Positions 62,713-64,000 of a stretch of 64,000 bases of DNA are shown here, one piece after another. Location: contig JARFYF010000074.1 in assembly GCA_030265395.1 (NCBI GenBank), positions 87,385,893 through 87,449,892 of the forward strand, given 5' to 3'. The notes under the pieces are model-generated. The model was not told where the DNA came from. It was given only the letters and a program-made list of their open reading frames with translations, and searched no databases. Source of the stretch: Rhina ancylostomus. Lineage: Eukaryota. Position numbers and translations under genes: made by a program. How positions within the stretch are numbered: the first letter of the stretch is position 1; every line of letters starts with the position of its first letter.

Positions 62713-64000
62713 TAGGTTTGGAGCATTAGGAAGGGGAGAATTTAGATATCTGGATTAGAAGGGATGGAAGTGGCACAGATGATACTTGTGGATCTCTTTT
62801 CTCCCTCAAGTAAGGGCAGCATGGAAAGATTAAGTGGCAGAAAAAATACCATTGGGGTTCAAATCTGATCATTTACAATATTTACTTCAGCAATGTGCAA
62901 AAGAAAATGCATCTTCAGCATCACACAGCAACTAATACCATCCCCCTTTATGCTCTTTAATTAAATAGTAACATAAAACAGTAGATCCTAACCCAAACTA
63001 AAGAACCATTTTTATTCTAAGACAAATATTTTTGTTTATTGTGATCTCATTTATATACATGATGCATAATATTGAGATGTAATTAATTTGCTAATTTTTC
63101 CAACATTTTCCGCACAATAATAGACTTCAATCCTAACCAAGTGATCTACGGTGGAGGAAGCAGTTATCTGGAGAAGATAACTAACAACACATTTCAGAAA
63201 GCTGCTTGCCCTGATCCAAGAAAGTCTGTGGCTTTTTTTTGGCAAAAGTATTGCAGCTGTCGTAGAGATGACAGAATGTAGGACATTCAGCAGATACAAT
63301 AGCATTATATCCAGTCTAAGATGCATCTTCTCAAAGGCTCCTTGATATTCTAACCAATTCTTGGGAATTTTTTGCTCATGACTACTCAGAGTGGAGTAGC
63401 AGCATTCTGGACGGTATGGAGAAGTCCATGCATCAAAGGCACAGAAAAGTGCTGCAGAAGTAGCAGGAGCACATTATCTCATAAAAACCCAGCCATCCCA
63501 TGAGGCACTTCTTTCCCTATTAGCCTCAATCACTTCAAAGCCTACGAATCCCCAGAATGAAAGAAGTCATCCAATCCTGACAGACTGTAAAATGAGACAT
63601 ATACCTCCCTCAATAATTATATCAGAATTGCACCAGACCGAAGCCTATAGCAAATAGGAGTAAATTATCTATACGACTTAAAAAGCAGAATATAGTTAAG
63701 TACATAGGCTAAAACTTTACAAATGATTAATTAGGCTTTGGCTAAAATACTCTAAAAGATATTACAGAGGGCTTGGAGAGGTTGTAGAAAATTTACTCAA
63801 ATGGTACCAAGGATGAGAAACCTTATTTATATGGAGAGACAATAGAAACTGGTACATTCTCCCTTCACAAGAAAAAGAATAAGACAATATTATACTCAAA
63901 ATCATGAAATATTTAGTTAGAAGGTGATTTCAAGTGAAAGCAGCACCAAGTTAAAGTGAAAGGTAAATGAACAAAACATTACATTACATAGCTGAGAATT

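Overview
Eukaryotic (vertebrate) genomic DNA from a draft scaffold with many N gaps. It is almost certainly a cartilaginous fish and probably a batoid: the deduced protein starts [23 protein letters not shown], as I recall for the Torpedo Na,K-ATPase beta subunit. The window holds one complete six-exon gene, ATP1B1 (Na+/K+-ATPase beta-1; CDS 27512-38869, + strand, 305 aa, CpG island at its 5' end). The last two coding exons of NME7 lie convergently on the - strand (41040-41147 and 39756-39788), with 3' ends overlapping tail-to-tail. The rest is intergenic or intronic DNA dense in decayed retroelements: CR1, L2, Tx1, RTE and Penelope-like elements, tRNA-derived V-SINE and Deu-type SINEs, and MITE-like remnants. 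Best leads: (1) minimal hammerhead-ribozyme motifs in Penelope termini, with fold-back derivatives, one centred on the ribozyme stem II; (2) the ATP1B1/NME7 3' overlap controlled by alternative poly(A) sites; (3) an apparently deeply conserved ATP1B1 3'UTR block with clustered miR-101/144-type sites. No prokaryotic-type system is present. Repeat family names come from recalled consensus motifs, not from database searches, and repeat boundaries are approximate.
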